From positions 1,280,001-1,344,000 of the forward strand of contig CAVTMK010000002.1 of the NCBI GenBank assembly GCA_963735805.1: DNA of 64,000 bases, given 5' to 3'. The stretch is from an uncultured Verrucomicrobiae bacterium. Its GTDB lineage: Bacteria; Verrucomicrobiota; Verrucomicrobiia; Chthoniobacterales; UBA10450. Below, piece after piece: positions 40,725 to 51,154 of this stretch. Both the position numbers and the translations under genes were made by a program. How positions within the stretch are numbered: the first letter of the stretch is position 1; every line of letters begins with the position of its first letter. The notes under the pieces were generated by a model. It did not search any database. It worked only from the letters and a program-made list of their open reading frames with translations, and was not told the DNA's origin.

Positions 40725-42254
40725 ATGATGAAGTTACTGCGCAAGCACCGGGACTGGCTGATGATCGTGATCGCCATCCTCGCGATCCCGTTCATTTTCT
40801 ATTTCGTGCAGAGGCCGGATTACGGCGCGATGCGGTCCGATCGATTTGCTCGCATTTATGATCGGAATGTTTCGATGTTGGAGGCGCAACAGATGGTGCG
40901 CCTGCTCAGTCTGGCACAGGCGCTTGGTATGTCCGAGTTTGTGCAGACCCTGACGGCCGGAGCCGGCATGAACCAGAATCAGACGGGGGTGCAATTCATC
41001 GTGAATCTATTGGTTCTGCGCCACGAAGCCGATCGGCTGGGTATTCGTCCGACTTACGCTGAGATTGCCGATGTGGTGCGCACATTGCCCGCGTTCCAGG
41101 GCGACTCCGGCTTCGACATGAAAAAGTTTAGTGATTTTGCGCCTAATTGGTTGACGCCAATGGGTCTGTCCGAAGAGCACATCGAGCAACTGGTTCGCGA
41201 CCAACTTTCGTTGGATCGAATCAAACAGCTTTTAGCCGCAGGTGTTACAGTTCCCAAAGGTGAGCTCGATGAGAATTTTCAGCGCGGTCACGACACGTTA
41301 TTCGTCACTGTCATTCGGTTTCAGGCGAGCGATTTCGGTAACGAGATCAAAGTGAGTGACGAAGATGTGCAGAAGCATTATGACGCGCATAAGGCCGAGC
41401 TTAAAAGTGACGAGAAACGCAAGGTCGAGTTTGTCAGCCTCGCACTCACCGATGACGAAAAGAAATTAACTGGAAAGGAGCGGATTGAGGTTTTGCAAAA
41501 GCTGTCCGACCGCGCGACCGATTTTACGCAAGCGTTGCTAGAGAAAGGAGCGGACTTCAAGCAGGCTGCTGAGAAATTTCACCTACCGGTGCATGAAACT
41601 GGCGAATTCACCAAAGCACAGCCCGATCCGCAGTTGAAAGTCGATCCGGGGCTTGTCACTGCAGCTTTCAAGCTGTCAATGCAAGAGCCGAACGGCGATC
41701 CCATTCAGGTCTCCGATGGATTTTATATTTTGCATCTTACGGGGATTACTGAAGCGCGTCCGCTGACACTCGAAGAAGCGAAGCCAAAAATCGTGGACAC
41801 GATCACGAAATCGAAGGCACGCGAGTTGATGTCGACGAAAGCTGCGGAGGTAGTTCAACAATTGCGTGAAGCGAAGCAATCCGGACAACCACTTGAAGCA
41901 GCCATTCAAAAAGCTGGCGTGAAGACCGAAAAGATCGAGCCATTTTCACTGATCGAAGAGGCGAAACCGAAATCGCAAGGCATGGAAGTAAAGAAAAATG
42001 AATCAACTGATCTTCCCTTCATCAAACAGGCGGTCGCATTTCTGAACGCGGGCGAGGTCAGCGATTTTTTCCCCGCAGGTGAAAGTGGATTTATTGCGGT
42101 CCTGGAAAAGCGGGAGCCATTAGCCGACGCCAAAGCTGCCGAGAAAAAGTTGGCTTACGAGAAAAGGCTTCTCGATAACAAGCGGCGAATCGTTTTGACG
42201 GAATGGCTGCGTGACCGGGGACAAGACGCTGGGCTCCAATACACCAAAGGCTAG
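40725..42254 (+). CDS. PpiD/SurA N-terminal domain chaperone
   Basis: MMKLLRKH plus TM anchor, SurA_N-like helices, VSDEDVQKHYD...EKRKVEFV, LTLEEAKPKI. Confidence 0.75.
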   Translation: MMKLLRKHRDWLMIVIAILAIPFIFYFVQRPDYGAMRSDRFARIYDRNVSMLEAQQMVRLLSLAQALGMSEFVQTLTAGAGMNQNQTGVQFIVNLLVLRHEADRLGIRPTYAEIADVVRTLPAFQGDSGFDMKKFSDFAPNWLTPMGLSEEHIEQLVRDQLSLDRIKQLLAAGVTVPKGELDENFQRGHDTLFVTVIRFQASDFGNEIKVSDEDVQKHYDAHKAELKSDEKRKVEFVSLALTDDEKKLTGKERIEVLQKLSDRATDFTQALLEKGADFKQAAEKFHLPVHETGEFTKAQPDPQLKVDPGLVTAAFKLSMQEPNGDPIQVSDGFYILHLTGITEARPLTLEEAKPKIVDTITKSKARELMSTKAAEVVQQLREAKQSGQPLEAAIQKAGVKTEKIEPFSLIEEAKPKSQGMEVKKNESTDLPFIKQAVAFLNAGEVSDFFPAGESGFIAVLEKREPLADAKAAEKKLAYEKRLLDNKRRIVLTEWLRDRGQDAGLQYTKG

Positions 42255-42293
42255 ACCGTAACGACCGCCGCGCCGGCGGGCTGAATCCTGACA

Positions 42294-42635
42294 ATGTCGA
42301 TGGAGCAAACGCACGACGAAATCTTTGATGACGCCAACGGTGACCTGGCCGTCGGCGATCTGGAAAGCGCAGTGGAGAAGTACGGGCGCTGTGTGCAGAT
42401 AGCACCTGATTTTTTCGACGGCTGGCATGCGCTCGGAATGGCGCGGATGAAACTCGGGCGTTTTACCGAAGCGATCGAAGCGGGAAAAAAAGCGGTCGAG
42501 CTCCGGCCCAATGATCAAATTGGATGGACAAGTCTTTCGCTGTTCTACAATCGCGCCGGCAATATCAAGGAAGCCGAAGCAGCTGGAGCAAAGGCGAAGA
42601 TACTGAGCTGGGGCGGAAAGATTGCAAAAGAGTAG
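42294..42635 (+). CDS. Small TPR protein
   Basis: Tandem TPR motifs (APDFFDGWHALGMA...AVELRPND). Confidence 0.82.
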   Translation: MSMEQTHDEIFDDANGDLAVGDLESAVEKYGRCVQIAPDFFDGWHALGMARMKLGRFTEAIEAGKKAVELRPNDQIGWTSLSLFYNRAGNIKEAEAAGAKAKILSWGGKIAKE

Positions 42636-42683
42636 TGTACAGAGAATCTGATTCACTCATTTTCTTTTCGCTGATCTTCCGAC

Positions 42684-44759
42684 CTACCAAATGTTGACCC
42701 GCTTGTCTCGAGGCCTAACCATTGGCGATCCGTCGGGAATATTGAATGCCTGCTGAAATTCCGACATGTTGGAGACGGGTCCGTTGCATCGATAATGGGT
42801 TGGCGAATGCGGATCAGTGTTTAGTCGCAACCGCAAATCGTCTTCGCGCTGATTTGCTCGCCACACCTGGGCCCAGCCCAGGAAGAAGCGCTGTTCGGGT
42901 GTAAATCCGTCAATTTTTTGGTCGCGCGCCTGTGGATTCTTATTGAGCGCTTTTTGCAGCGCGGCATAAGCGAGCTTGATGCCACCAATGTCAGCGATGT
43001 TTTCGCCCTGAGTCAGTTCGCCATTGATGTGCAACCCTGGAAGCGGCTCATACTCGGAATATTGTTGTACTACAGCTTGAGAGCGTTCCTTGAATTTCGC
43101 GGCTGACTCCGGTGACCACCAATCGCGCAAATTCCCAGACGCATCGAATTGCCGGCCTCGATCGTCAAAGCCGTGCGTCATTTCGTGGCCGATCACTGCG
43201 CCCATGCCTCCATAATTCACAGCGTCATCAGCTTTTGGATCGAAAAACGGCGGCTGTAAAATTCCAGCCGGGAAGACGATTTCGTTCATTTGCGCGTTAT
43301 AGTAGGCGTTCACTGTCGGCGGGGTCATTCCCCATTCCGTGCGATCAACCGGCTTGCCGATTTTTTTTAGCTCGCGATTGACCTCGAAAGTCGCGGCTCG
43401 CATGGAATTTGAGATGTAGGGGCCTCTGTCGATCTCAAGGTTTGAATAATCGCGCCATTTATCGGGATAACCGATCTTGACATTCATGGCGGCAAGTTTC
43501 TTCAATGCTTCCTGCTTGGTTGGTTCATCCATCCACTCAAGGGTCTTAATTCGGTCTGCCAGCGCAGCTTTGAGATTGTTGATCATTTCCAGTGCCCGGG
43601 CCTTTGCCTCAGGCGGGAAATAATCGGCTACATAAAGCTTGCCGAGCGCTTCACCCAAAGCTCCATCAGTAGAAGCAACCACTCGTTTCCAACGCGGCTT
43701 GATTTCCTTGGTGCCGCGCAGAACGCCCTGATTGAAATTGAAATCTTCGTTTACAAAATCCTTCGATAGATCCTCAGCCGCGTCATCAATTAAGTGCCAG
43801 CGCAGATAGGTTCTCCAATCGTCGATGGATGTTTTGGTTAACACGGTGTTGGCCGCCTTGAAGAACTCGGGCTGGCCCACGTTGATATCACCTGGCGCCG
43901 GGAGATTGATCGCTTTGAAATAATCGCCCCAATTCCAGTCCGGGGTAAGCTTTTGCAAATCGACCTGAGTCATTTTGTTGTAATTTTTTTGCGGATCACG
44001 CAGTTCCACGCGTGTGCGGGATGCGTTGGCGAGAGAAGTCTCCAGGGCCATGATCTTTTTGGCGTCCTCGGCAGCTTTGGCCGGCGTCTCGCCGAGAAGC
44101 GTCAGCATTTTTGTGACATGCTCAACGTACGCGGCGCGTTTCTTTTTCGAGTCCTCATCCGTCTTGGTGTAGTAATCCCGATCGGGGAGGCCAAGTCCGC
44201 CTTGATGCGCCTGTGCGATCTCACGTGTGCTGTCTTTCTCATCCTGGCCCGAGCCAAAGTCGAAAAATGCGCCAACGCCAATGGAGTGCAGGCGCGCGAT
44301 TTCTTTAAGCAGATCCGCGCGGTCTTTGATTGCGTCGATGCGCTTTAGCTCGTCTTCGAGAGGTTTGATTCGCTCACCCTCGATTGCTTTTTCGTCCATG
44401 CCGCTGGCGTAGTAATCGCCCACCTTTTGCACTTCTGGCGACGCTTTGGCATCGACATGCGCGTTTGCCGCCTTCTCTGTGATTTTGTGCAGCGCATCAA
44501 TATTTTTTTCACTTAATTGCTCCAGGCTGCCCCACCGCGCATATTGGGGCGGGACAGGATTCTGTTTCAGCCAACCGCCATTGGCGTAACGATAAAAATC
44601 ATCCTGCGGTTTCACTGATGTATCTATGTTTTTTGGGTCCAACGGCGGGGGGTTCTGATTCACCGGCGAGGAGCTTTGAGCCGATTGCGTTGGCGATTCC
44701 GTTTGAGCCTGCAAACTGAACGCGCTCAAGAGTGCGACGATAAAAAAGGATGATTTCAT
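42684..44759 (-). CDS. M13 family metalloendopeptidase
   Basis: Signal peptide, DDFYRYANGGW, VNAYY, HEMTHGFD, GENIAD, DPHSP. Confidence 0.96.
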   Translation of the reverse strand: MKSSFFIVALLSAFSLQAQTESPTQSAQSSSPVNQNPPPLDPKNIDTSVKPQDDFYRYANGGWLKQNPVPPQYARWGSLEQLSEKNIDALHKITEKAANAHVDAKASPEVQKVGDYYASGMDEKAIEGERIKPLEDELKRIDAIKDRADLLKEIARLHSIGVGAFFDFGSGQDEKDSTREIAQAHQGGLGLPDRDYYTKTDEDSKKKRAAYVEHVTKMLTLLGETPAKAAEDAKKIMALETSLANASRTRVELRDPQKNYNKMTQVDLQKLTPDWNWGDYFKAINLPAPGDINVGQPEFFKAANTVLTKTSIDDWRTYLRWHLIDDAAEDLSKDFVNEDFNFNQGVLRGTKEIKPRWKRVVASTDGALGEALGKLYVADYFPPEAKARALEMINNLKAALADRIKTLEWMDEPTKQEALKKLAAMNVKIGYPDKWRDYSNLEIDRGPYISNSMRAATFEVNRELKKIGKPVDRTEWGMTPPTVNAYYNAQMNEIVFPAGILQPPFFDPKADDAVNYGGMGAVIGHEMTHGFDDRGRQFDASGNLRDWWSPESAAKFKERSQAVVQQYSEYEPLPGLHINGELTQGENIADIGGIKLAYAALQKALNKNPQARDQKIDGFTPEQRFFLGWAQVWRANQREDDLRLRLNTDPHSPTHYRCNGPVSNMSEFQQAFNIPDGSPMVRPRDKRVNIW

Positions 44760-44921
44760 GGTTTTACTGAAGAGATGAATAGTCAGGATTATTTAATTCG
44801 GATTAGACGCTCAAAACGCAGTTCCGTTGAACCGCCTTCACAGCGAAGGGAAAAAATCCGGGATTGCAAGTAGCGGGGTTGGGTGGCACGTCCTAGTGCC
44901 GGCAGTAACCCGGAGTGCGCA

Positions 44922-46016
44922 ATGTTCATAGATCGGATCAAAGTTTTTGCCCAGGCTGGGAATGGCGGACGCGGTTGCGTGAGTTTTCGCCGGGAAAAAT
45001 TTGTGCCCAAGGGCGGACCGGACGGTGGAGACGGTGGGCGTGGTGGCGACGTGATTCTACGCGCGGACCGGCACGTCGATAATCTCTCGAATCTTTTCTA
45101 CGAACCGCTTATCAAAGCCAAGAGTGGCGCGCACGGCAAGGGAAAGAAAATGGCTGGAAGGGCGGCCGCCGACAAGATCGTTAAAATTCCTGTAGGCACA
45201 GTCGTCTGGTCCGCTGAGGAGAGTCTACGCTCATCAACCAATTCAGATCAGTCCGCGAGCCGCAGTCAGCAATCGGAAACGCAGTTGCTTGTCGATCTCA
45301 CGGGCGACGGACAGGAATTTGTGCTTTGCCGCGGCGGGGAGGGCGGAAAAGGCAATGTCCACTTCAAAAGCTCGCGTAATCGCGCGCCGCGGCAATACAC
45401 CGACGGCGAAGAAGGCGAGCATGGGTATTTTGTATTGGAATTGCGAACGATTGCAGATGCCGGATTGGTCGGTTACCCGAATGCCGGTAAGTCGACGTTG
45501 TTGCGCAAAATTTCGGCTGCGCGGCCAAAGGTTGCGCCCTATCCATTCACCACTTTGCATCCGGTTGTTGGCGTGATGGAGTTGCCGGGTTATCGCTATG
45601 CAACGATTGCAGACATTCCCGGCTTGATTGAAGGGGCACATCGCGGGCTTGGTCTGGGCCATGAGTTTCTACGTCATATCACGCGCTGTCCCATCTTGAT
45701 CTTTGTGATCGATGTCGCTGGGAGCGAAGAACGCAATCCGGTGGAAGATTTACGGAATCTTCGACGGGAGATAGATTTGTACGATCCGACGCTTTCATTG
45801 CGCCCGTGGTTAGTCACCGCGAACAAAATGGATTTGCCCAACGCGAAGGAGAATCTCGTGACGCTGCGAGAGACATTTCCCAAGACCAGTATCCTGCCGA
45901 TCTCAGCGGCAAACGGGGAGGGGATCGAGGCATTAAAGGAAGCGTTGGCAGCGAGAATAACTGCCGATCATGATATCCTCTCCCCAATTAAAGGTAGACA
46001 ACCCCGGAATCTCTAG
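44922..46016 (+). CDS. obgE: GTPase Obg/CgtA
   Basis: MFIDRIKV...FRREKFVPKGGPDGGDGG, GYPNAGKST, YPFTT, DIPG, NKMD. Confidence 0.97.
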   Translation: MFIDRIKVFAQAGNGGRGCVSFRREKFVPKGGPDGGDGGRGGDVILRADRHVDNLSNLFYEPLIKAKSGAHGKGKKMAGRAAADKIVKIPVGTVVWSAEESLRSSTNSDQSASRSQQSETQLLVDLTGDGQEFVLCRGGEGGKGNVHFKSSRNRAPRQYTDGEEGEHGYFVLELRTIADAGLVGYPNAGKSTLLRKISAARPKVAPYPFTTLHPVVGVMELPGYRYATIADIPGLIEGAHRGLGLGHEFLRHITRCPILIFVIDVAGSEERNPVEDLRNLRREIDLYDPTLSLRPWLVTANKMDLPNAKENLVTLRETFPKTSILPISAANGEGIEALKEALAARITADHDILSPIKGRQPRNL

Positions 46017-46031
46017 CGACACTGGCCGCTT

Positions 46032-47258
46032 ATGGGGAGACGGGTTGTAGCGAGCTATTGCTCCAGCTTTCTGAAGCCGGAAATGTTGCATATTTACCGG
46101 CAGGTAAAAGCACTGCGCGGCGTGGATACTTTCGTTGTCACCAAAGAAGTTCAAAACGCAGAACGATTTCCGTTTGCCAACGTCGAAGTGATACCAAAGC
46201 GCCGTACAAACCTGCTTGTGCACGGCTGGTTGAAATTTGTGGCCCGACGCCCGCCAATTGTCTATCGAGGCGAGTATCAGACGCTCGATTCGTTATTGGA
46301 GCGTCACGGCGCTGATTTGATGCACATTTACTTTGGTCATACTGGCGTCCACCTGCTCCCCTTTATCGAGCAATGGGACAAACCGTGCGTGGTATCTTTC
46401 CATGGCGCGGATGTCGCTCACAAAAAAGAGATCAAAGATTATCCGGACAAGTTACGCCGCCTTTTCGATGCGGTGCCCCTTGTGTTTGCCCGTTCCCAAT
46501 CGTTGGCTGACCGCTTGATTCATTTGGGTTGTCCGTCTGACAAACTCCGGATCAATCGCACTGGTATCCCGCTCAGCGAATTTCCGTTCGTGGATCGACA
46601 ACCGCCGAGGGATGGCAAATGGAGAGTCGTGCAGGCATGCCGATTGATTCCGAAAAAGGGCATCGCGACGAGCTTGCGAGCTTTCGCGATTTTTAAGAAA
46701 GACAATCCCAAGGCAGAATTTTATGTCGCCGGCAAGGGGCCTTTGCAACCAGAACTGGAGATGCTCGCGGATGGATTGGGGATTCTTAGAAATGTCCATT
46801 TTGTTGGCTTTCTGTCGCAACGAAAATTGCTGGAGCTCTATGCAAGCTCGCATCTGTTTTTGCATCCGAGCGAAATATCGGCCAACCAAGACCAGGAGGG
46901 CGTGCCGAACTCGGTTCTGGAAGCGATGGCCACTGGATTGCCTGTCGTTGCAACACGTCATGGTGGAATTCCGGAAGCGGTTGCTCACGGGCGCACAGGG
47001 CTGCTAGTGGCAGAAGAAGATCACGTTGGATTGGCAAACGCCATGCAACTCATTACTCATTCGCCGGATCTGTTAGCGCAGATGGGAGCAAGCGCACGTG
47101 CCACAGTGGTTGAACGATTTGAACGGGACGCTCAAATAGACCAGTTGGAATCGTTCTATGAAGAAGCGATTGCTTTGAACGGCGCCTCTGAACCGGTGAG
47201 GTCGAAACGCATGACTCGACTTGCTCCGCAGTTCGCCGAGCGGTTGGCGGCGAAATAA
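46032..47258 (+). CDS. Glycosyltransferase family 4 (WcaL-like)
   Basis: SFHGAD, RLIPKKG, DQEGVPNSVLEAMATG...HGGIPE. Confidence 0.9.
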   Translation: MGRRVVASYCSSFLKPEMLHIYRQVKALRGVDTFVVTKEVQNAERFPFANVEVIPKRRTNLLVHGWLKFVARRPPIVYRGEYQTLDSLLERHGADLMHIYFGHTGVHLLPFIEQWDKPCVVSFHGADVAHKKEIKDYPDKLRRLFDAVPLVFARSQSLADRLIHLGCPSDKLRINRTGIPLSEFPFVDRQPPRDGKWRVVQACRLIPKKGIATSLRAFAIFKKDNPKAEFYVAGKGPLQPELEMLADGLGILRNVHFVGFLSQRKLLELYASSHLFLHPSEISANQDQEGVPNSVLEAMATGLPVVATRHGGIPEAVAHGRTGLLVAEEDHVGLANAMQLITHSPDLLAQMGASARATVVERFERDAQIDQLESFYEEAIALNGASEPVRSKRMTRLAPQFAERLAAK

Positions 47259-47316
47259 CGCTCAAGAATTTTGTTTGTCATTCGGACAAAACGCGCTTTG
47301 GTATTCGCGTTCAAGT

Positions 47317-47408
47317 TGTAGCCGGGGTCGGCTTGTTCGCTGTAGTCGAGCAAGCGCGGGACGAAAACGGATGACCTCGGCAGGCCGGCGTCACCGATGC
47401 CAGCTACA
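47317..47408. repeat. Intergenic TGTAGCC...GCTACA REP-like element upstream of atpB
   Basis: TGTAGCCGGGGTCGG...TGACCTCGG...CCGGCGTCACCGATGCCAGCTACA, the same family as the copies inside dnaE and the decarboxylase gene. Confidence 0.7.
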
Positions 47409-47421
47409 GCTGTGTTATAAA

Positions 47422-48318
47422 ATGCGCAATCGTTGTTTTTTGATCATGGTGCTGATTTGCGGTGTTGCCTTTGCAATGCCGGCAATGGCCGCCGAAACCG
47501 CGCCGGCCGGGCACGAAACGCTTTCGCTCAAGCCACAGATGCTCATTCAGTTCGGCGGCTTTGGAATCACAAACTCGATGCTGGTGACCTGGATCGTCGC
47601 CGCTGCGATCATCGTTTTTTCACAAATGGCAACCCGGCGTGTTAAGGTCATCCCCGCCGGAATTCAAAATTTTTGGGAGTGGTTAGTTGAGGGTTTGCAC
47701 AATTTTTTGGAAAACATCATCGGACCCGATCTTGTGAGAAAAGGATTTTGGTTTTATGCCACCATCTTCATATTCATTCTATTCACTAACTGGTTCGGCC
47801 TGATCCCGGGAATCGGCACAGTCGGCTGGGGCCATTACAACGCGGCCGGTAGTTTTGTGGTCGATCGTCCCCTTCTGCGCGGCGGCAACGCGGACCTGAA
47901 CATGACGACCGCAATGTCGGCAGTTTTTTTCGTGATGTGGTTTGTTTGGGCGATCCAGGCGAATGGAATCGGAGGATTTCTAAAACATTTGTTCGGACCG
48001 AAAGGTGAGACATCCGGAATAGTGAGAATCCTCATGGTTATCATTTTCTTTGCAGTGGGATGGCTCGAGGTAATCTCGATTCTTTTCCGGCCAATCGCGC
48101 TAAGTTTCCGATTGTTCGGTAACATTTACGCGGGTGAAAGCATTCTGGAAGCAATGTCGACAATGGTCCCATGGCTCTCTCCCATCCTGCCGATTCCATT
48201 TTATTTTTTGGAAGTGTTGGTGGGATTTGTGCAGGCGCTGGTTTTCATGCTTTTGACTGCGGTTTTCACTATGTTGATTGCGGAACATGAAGAAGGACAG
48301 GCACACGCGCACACCTGA
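47422..48318 (+). CDS. atpB: ATP synthase F0 subunit a
   Basis: ITNSML, IQNFWE, RPIALSFRLFGNIYAGE, VQALVFMLL. Confidence 0.95.
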   Translation: MRNRCFLIMVLICGVAFAMPAMAAETAPAGHETLSLKPQMLIQFGGFGITNSMLVTWIVAAAIIVFSQMATRRVKVIPAGIQNFWEWLVEGLHNFLENIIGPDLVRKGFWFYATIFIFILFTNWFGLIPGIGTVGWGHYNAAGSFVVDRPLLRGGNADLNMTTAMSAVFFVMWFVWAIQANGIGGFLKHLFGPKGETSGIVRILMVIIFFAVGWLEVISILFRPIALSFRLFGNIYAGESILEAMSTMVPWLSPILPIPFYFLEVLVGFVQALVFMLLTAVFTMLIAEHEEGQAHAHT

Positions 48319-48365
48319 TTTTTCGGTGACCTCATGAAGAGGTCCCAAAACCAACTAACAAAAAT

Positions 48366-48578
48366 ATGATACTACCAATACTAGCAGAAATGGGCGGAAG
48401 CATTCACGTAGGGCTTGCCGCGATGGGCGTCGGAATCGGAATCGGCTTGACCGGCCTGGGTATGACCAGCGCGGTCGGGCGCAATCCAGGCGCATTTACG
48501 CAAGTCCTCGTGCACGGAATTCTCGCGATTGCGCTGACCGAAGCGATCGTGTTCTACGCTCTCTATCTCGTCCATTAA
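48366..48578 (+). CDS. atpE: ATP synthase F0 subunit c
   Basis: 70 aa, GxGxGxG, GRNP loop, conserved Glu in ALTEAI. Confidence 0.95.
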   Translation: MILPILAEMGGSIHVGLAAMGVGIGIGLTGLGMTSAVGRNPGAFTQVLVHGILAIALTEAIVFYALYLVH

Positions 48579-48623
48579 TTGCGGCGAGGAAGCGAGAACC
48601 ATGTTGGGTCCGCAAATTGTATT

Positions 48624-49166
48624 ATGAACTTGATAATCGCCGCAAGTAGCGGAGGCATCACGGATATCTTGCGCGAAACAGCCGAGACTTTCGGCTGGAA
48701 TTGGAAGTTGTTTCTGTCGCAGGTCATCAGCTTCTGCATCGTCGCATTTCTTTTGCAGCGCTTCGCCTACAAACCTATCCTCGCCGTGCTGGAGGAACGC
48801 CGCCGCAAGATCGAGGAAGGCCAGCTCAACGCGGAAAAAATCAAGAAGGAGCTCGCCGAAGCGGAGAAGCGTTACAAGGAAATTCTCACCAAGGCTGATG
48901 CGGATGCCCAGAAAATGATCGATGAAGCGCGCGACAGCGCTGCACATTTATCCGAGCGCAAACAGCAGGAGGCGATTGCGGCCGCGGAGCAGATCATTTC
49001 CAAGGCGCGCGAGGCCGCTGCGATTGAGCATGAGCGCACAATGGAATCCTTGAAGCGCGAGCTGGGGCACTTAATCGTGGATACTACCGCGAAGGTCACC
49101 GGCAAGGTGTTAACACCGGAAGATCAGCGACGTTTGCAGGAAGAAGCAACCCGCCAACTTACCTGA
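48624..49166 (+). CDS. atpF: ATP synthase F0 subunit b
   Basis: TM helix, AYKPILAVLEERR, coiled coil. Confidence 0.94.
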   Translation: MNLIIAASSGGITDILRETAETFGWNWKLFLSQVISFCIVAFLLQRFAYKPILAVLEERRRKIEEGQLNAEKIKKELAEAEKRYKEILTKADADAQKMIDEARDSAAHLSERKQQEAIAAAEQIISKAREAAAIEHERTMESLKRELGHLIVDTTAKVTGKVLTPEDQRRLQEEATRQLT

Positions 49167-49558
49167 TGAAGATCAACAAGGAAATTCGTCAACTCTCGCG
49201 CGAGATGCTTCGAGCAAGCTTCACTGATGGGCAGCTCGACTCTGGCAGGGTCCGATCGCTGGTCAATTCGCTGATCGCAAACAAGCCGCGCAATTACATC
49301 GACGTTCTGAAAAACTACAGACGTCTGCTGCGGCTCGAAATCGAAAAGCGCCACGCTCGAGTTGAAACGGCAAGCGAATTGGATTCGACAACGAGTTCGG
49401 AACTGGTCGCTAATCTGAAGAAGAAATATGGCAGCGATCTGACCGCCGACTTTCTGGTCAACCCTGAGCTTCTCGGCGGAATGCGTGTTCGTGTCGGGAG
49501 CGATGTGTGGGATGGCACTGTTCGCAACCGGCTGGAACAGCTGGAGCGACAACTTTAA
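49166..49558 (+). CDS. atpH: ATP synthase F1 subunit delta (short)
   Basis: [29 protein letters not shown]; operon position. Confidence 0.92.
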   Translation: MKINKEIRQLSREMLRASFTDGQLDSGRVRSLVNSLIANKPRNYIDVLKNYRRLLRLEIEKRHARVETASELDSTTSSELVANLKKKYGSDLTADFLVNPELLGGMRVRVGSDVWDGTVRNRLEQLERQL

Positions 49559-49571
49559 TCAACCGAAAATC

Positions 49572-51104
49572 ATGAGCAGCATACTTGAAGAGATCGAAAC
49601 AAAAATCGAAGGACTTAAAACCTCAACGACCAAAAGTAACATCGGTGTCGTGCGCGAAACAGGGGACGGAGTCGCGCGCATTGAAGGGTTAAGCGATGTG
49701 ATGCTTAACGAGATGATCGAATTTCCCAGTGGAGTGTTCGGCCTGGCATTGAACCTGGAAGAAACCGAGGTAGGCGCGATTTTGCTTGGTGACACCACGA
49801 AGGTCGCAGAAGGCGACGAAGTGAAGACGACTGGCAAACTTCTTTCTGTTCCTGTCGGCAAAGCGCTTCTGGGCCGAGTGGTGAACACACTCGGTCAGCC
49901 ACTCGATGACAAGGGTCCAATCAAGGCAGATACATTTTATCCACTGGAAAAAATCGCGCCGGGCGTGATCAAGCGCCGCAGCGTGAATCAACCGGTGCAA
50001 ACCGGAATCATGGCCATCGATGCCATGATTCCGATCGGTCGCGGCCAGCGCGAGCTGATCATTGGTGATCGCGCAACCGGCAAAACCACGATCGCCATCG
50101 ATACCATCATCAGCCAGGCTCGACTGAACAAGGCTGCTGAAGAGCAGGGGGATAAGAATTATCGGCCGCTCTACTGCATCTACGTCGCGATTGGTCAGAA
50201 AAATTCCAATGTGGCTCGCGCTTTGGCGGTACTCGAAAAAGAGGGTGCCATGCCTTACACGACGATCATCTCTGCGCCCGCGTCCGACACGGCGACTAAT
50301 CAGTATCTGGCGCCGTTCGCTGGTGCGGCGATGGGCGAATGGTTCATGGATAATGGAATGGATGCCCTAATCGTTTTCGATGATCTGTCGAAACATGCCG
50401 TTGCGTACCGCCAGGTTTCGCTGGTGTTAAAGCGTCCGTCCGGTCGTGAAGCTTATCCGGGGGATGTATTTTATTTGCACTCCCGATTACTCGAGCGCGC
50501 CGCGCGAATGAGCGACGAATTCGGCGGCGGCTCGTTAACCGCATTACCGATCATCGAGACCCAGGCTGGTGATGTCTCTGCTTATATTCCCACTAACGTG
50601 ATCTCGATTACGGACGGTCAGATTTACCTCGAGACGGATCTGTTTTATCAAGGTGTGCGGCCGGCAATTTCGGTCGGACTCTCTGTAAGCCGCGTTGGTT
50701 CGGCGGCCCAAATCAAAGCGATTAAGCAGGTCGCGGGCAAGGTGAAGCTCGATCTCGCGCAATTTCGCGAGTTAGCCGCGTTTGCCCAATTCGGTTCCGA
50801 CTTGGATACAGCAACAAGAGCGCGACTCGATCGCGGTCAACGCATTGTAGAGCTTTTTAAGCAAAAACAGTATAACCCGATTCCGGTTGAGGAACAGGTG
50901 GTGGTGATGTGGGCCATGCAAAACGGATACCTTGATGCTGTTCCGGTCGACCGCGTCAAGGAGTACCAACTTAAACTACAAGATTGGCTTCAGACGCGGA
51001 AAGCAGCGTTGCTTGGAACGATTCGCCAGAAGAGGGAGATCGACAAAGACCTTGAGTCGCAATTGAAGGCCGCGCTTGATGAATTCAAAACGACTTGGCG
51101 ATAA
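49572..51104 (+). CDS. atpA: ATP synthase F1 subunit alpha
   Basis: [40 protein letters not shown]. Confidence 0.98.
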   Translation: MSSILEEIETKIEGLKTSTTKSNIGVVRETGDGVARIEGLSDVMLNEMIEFPSGVFGLALNLEETEVGAILLGDTTKVAEGDEVKTTGKLLSVPVGKALLGRVVNTLGQPLDDKGPIKADTFYPLEKIAPGVIKRRSVNQPVQTGIMAIDAMIPIGRGQRELIIGDRATGKTTIAIDTIISQARLNKAAEEQGDKNYRPLYCIYVAIGQKNSNVARALAVLEKEGAMPYTTIISAPASDTATNQYLAPFAGAAMGEWFMDNGMDALIVFDDLSKHAVAYRQVSLVLKRPSGREAYPGDVFYLHSRLLERAARMSDEFGGGSLTALPIIETQAGDVSAYIPTNVISITDGQIYLETDLFYQGVRPAISVGLSVSRVGSAAQIKAIKQVAGKVKLDLAQFRELAAFAQFGSDLDTATRARLDRGQRIVELFKQKQYNPIPVEEQVVVMWAMQNGYLDAVPVDRVKEYQLKLQDWLQTRKAALLGTIRQKREIDKDLESQLKAALDEFKTTWR

Positions 51105-51154
51105 CGCCGCTGTTTCTCAACTCGCAATCTGCAGTTTGTAATTGGTAATTTGGA

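Noticed and set aside
44884..44900. Possible sigma-54 promoter TGGCACGTCCTAGTGC upstream of obgE
   Set aside because: The GG-to-GC spacing is 11 nt instead of the strict 10; it is better explained as a small GGCAC/GTGCC hairpin.
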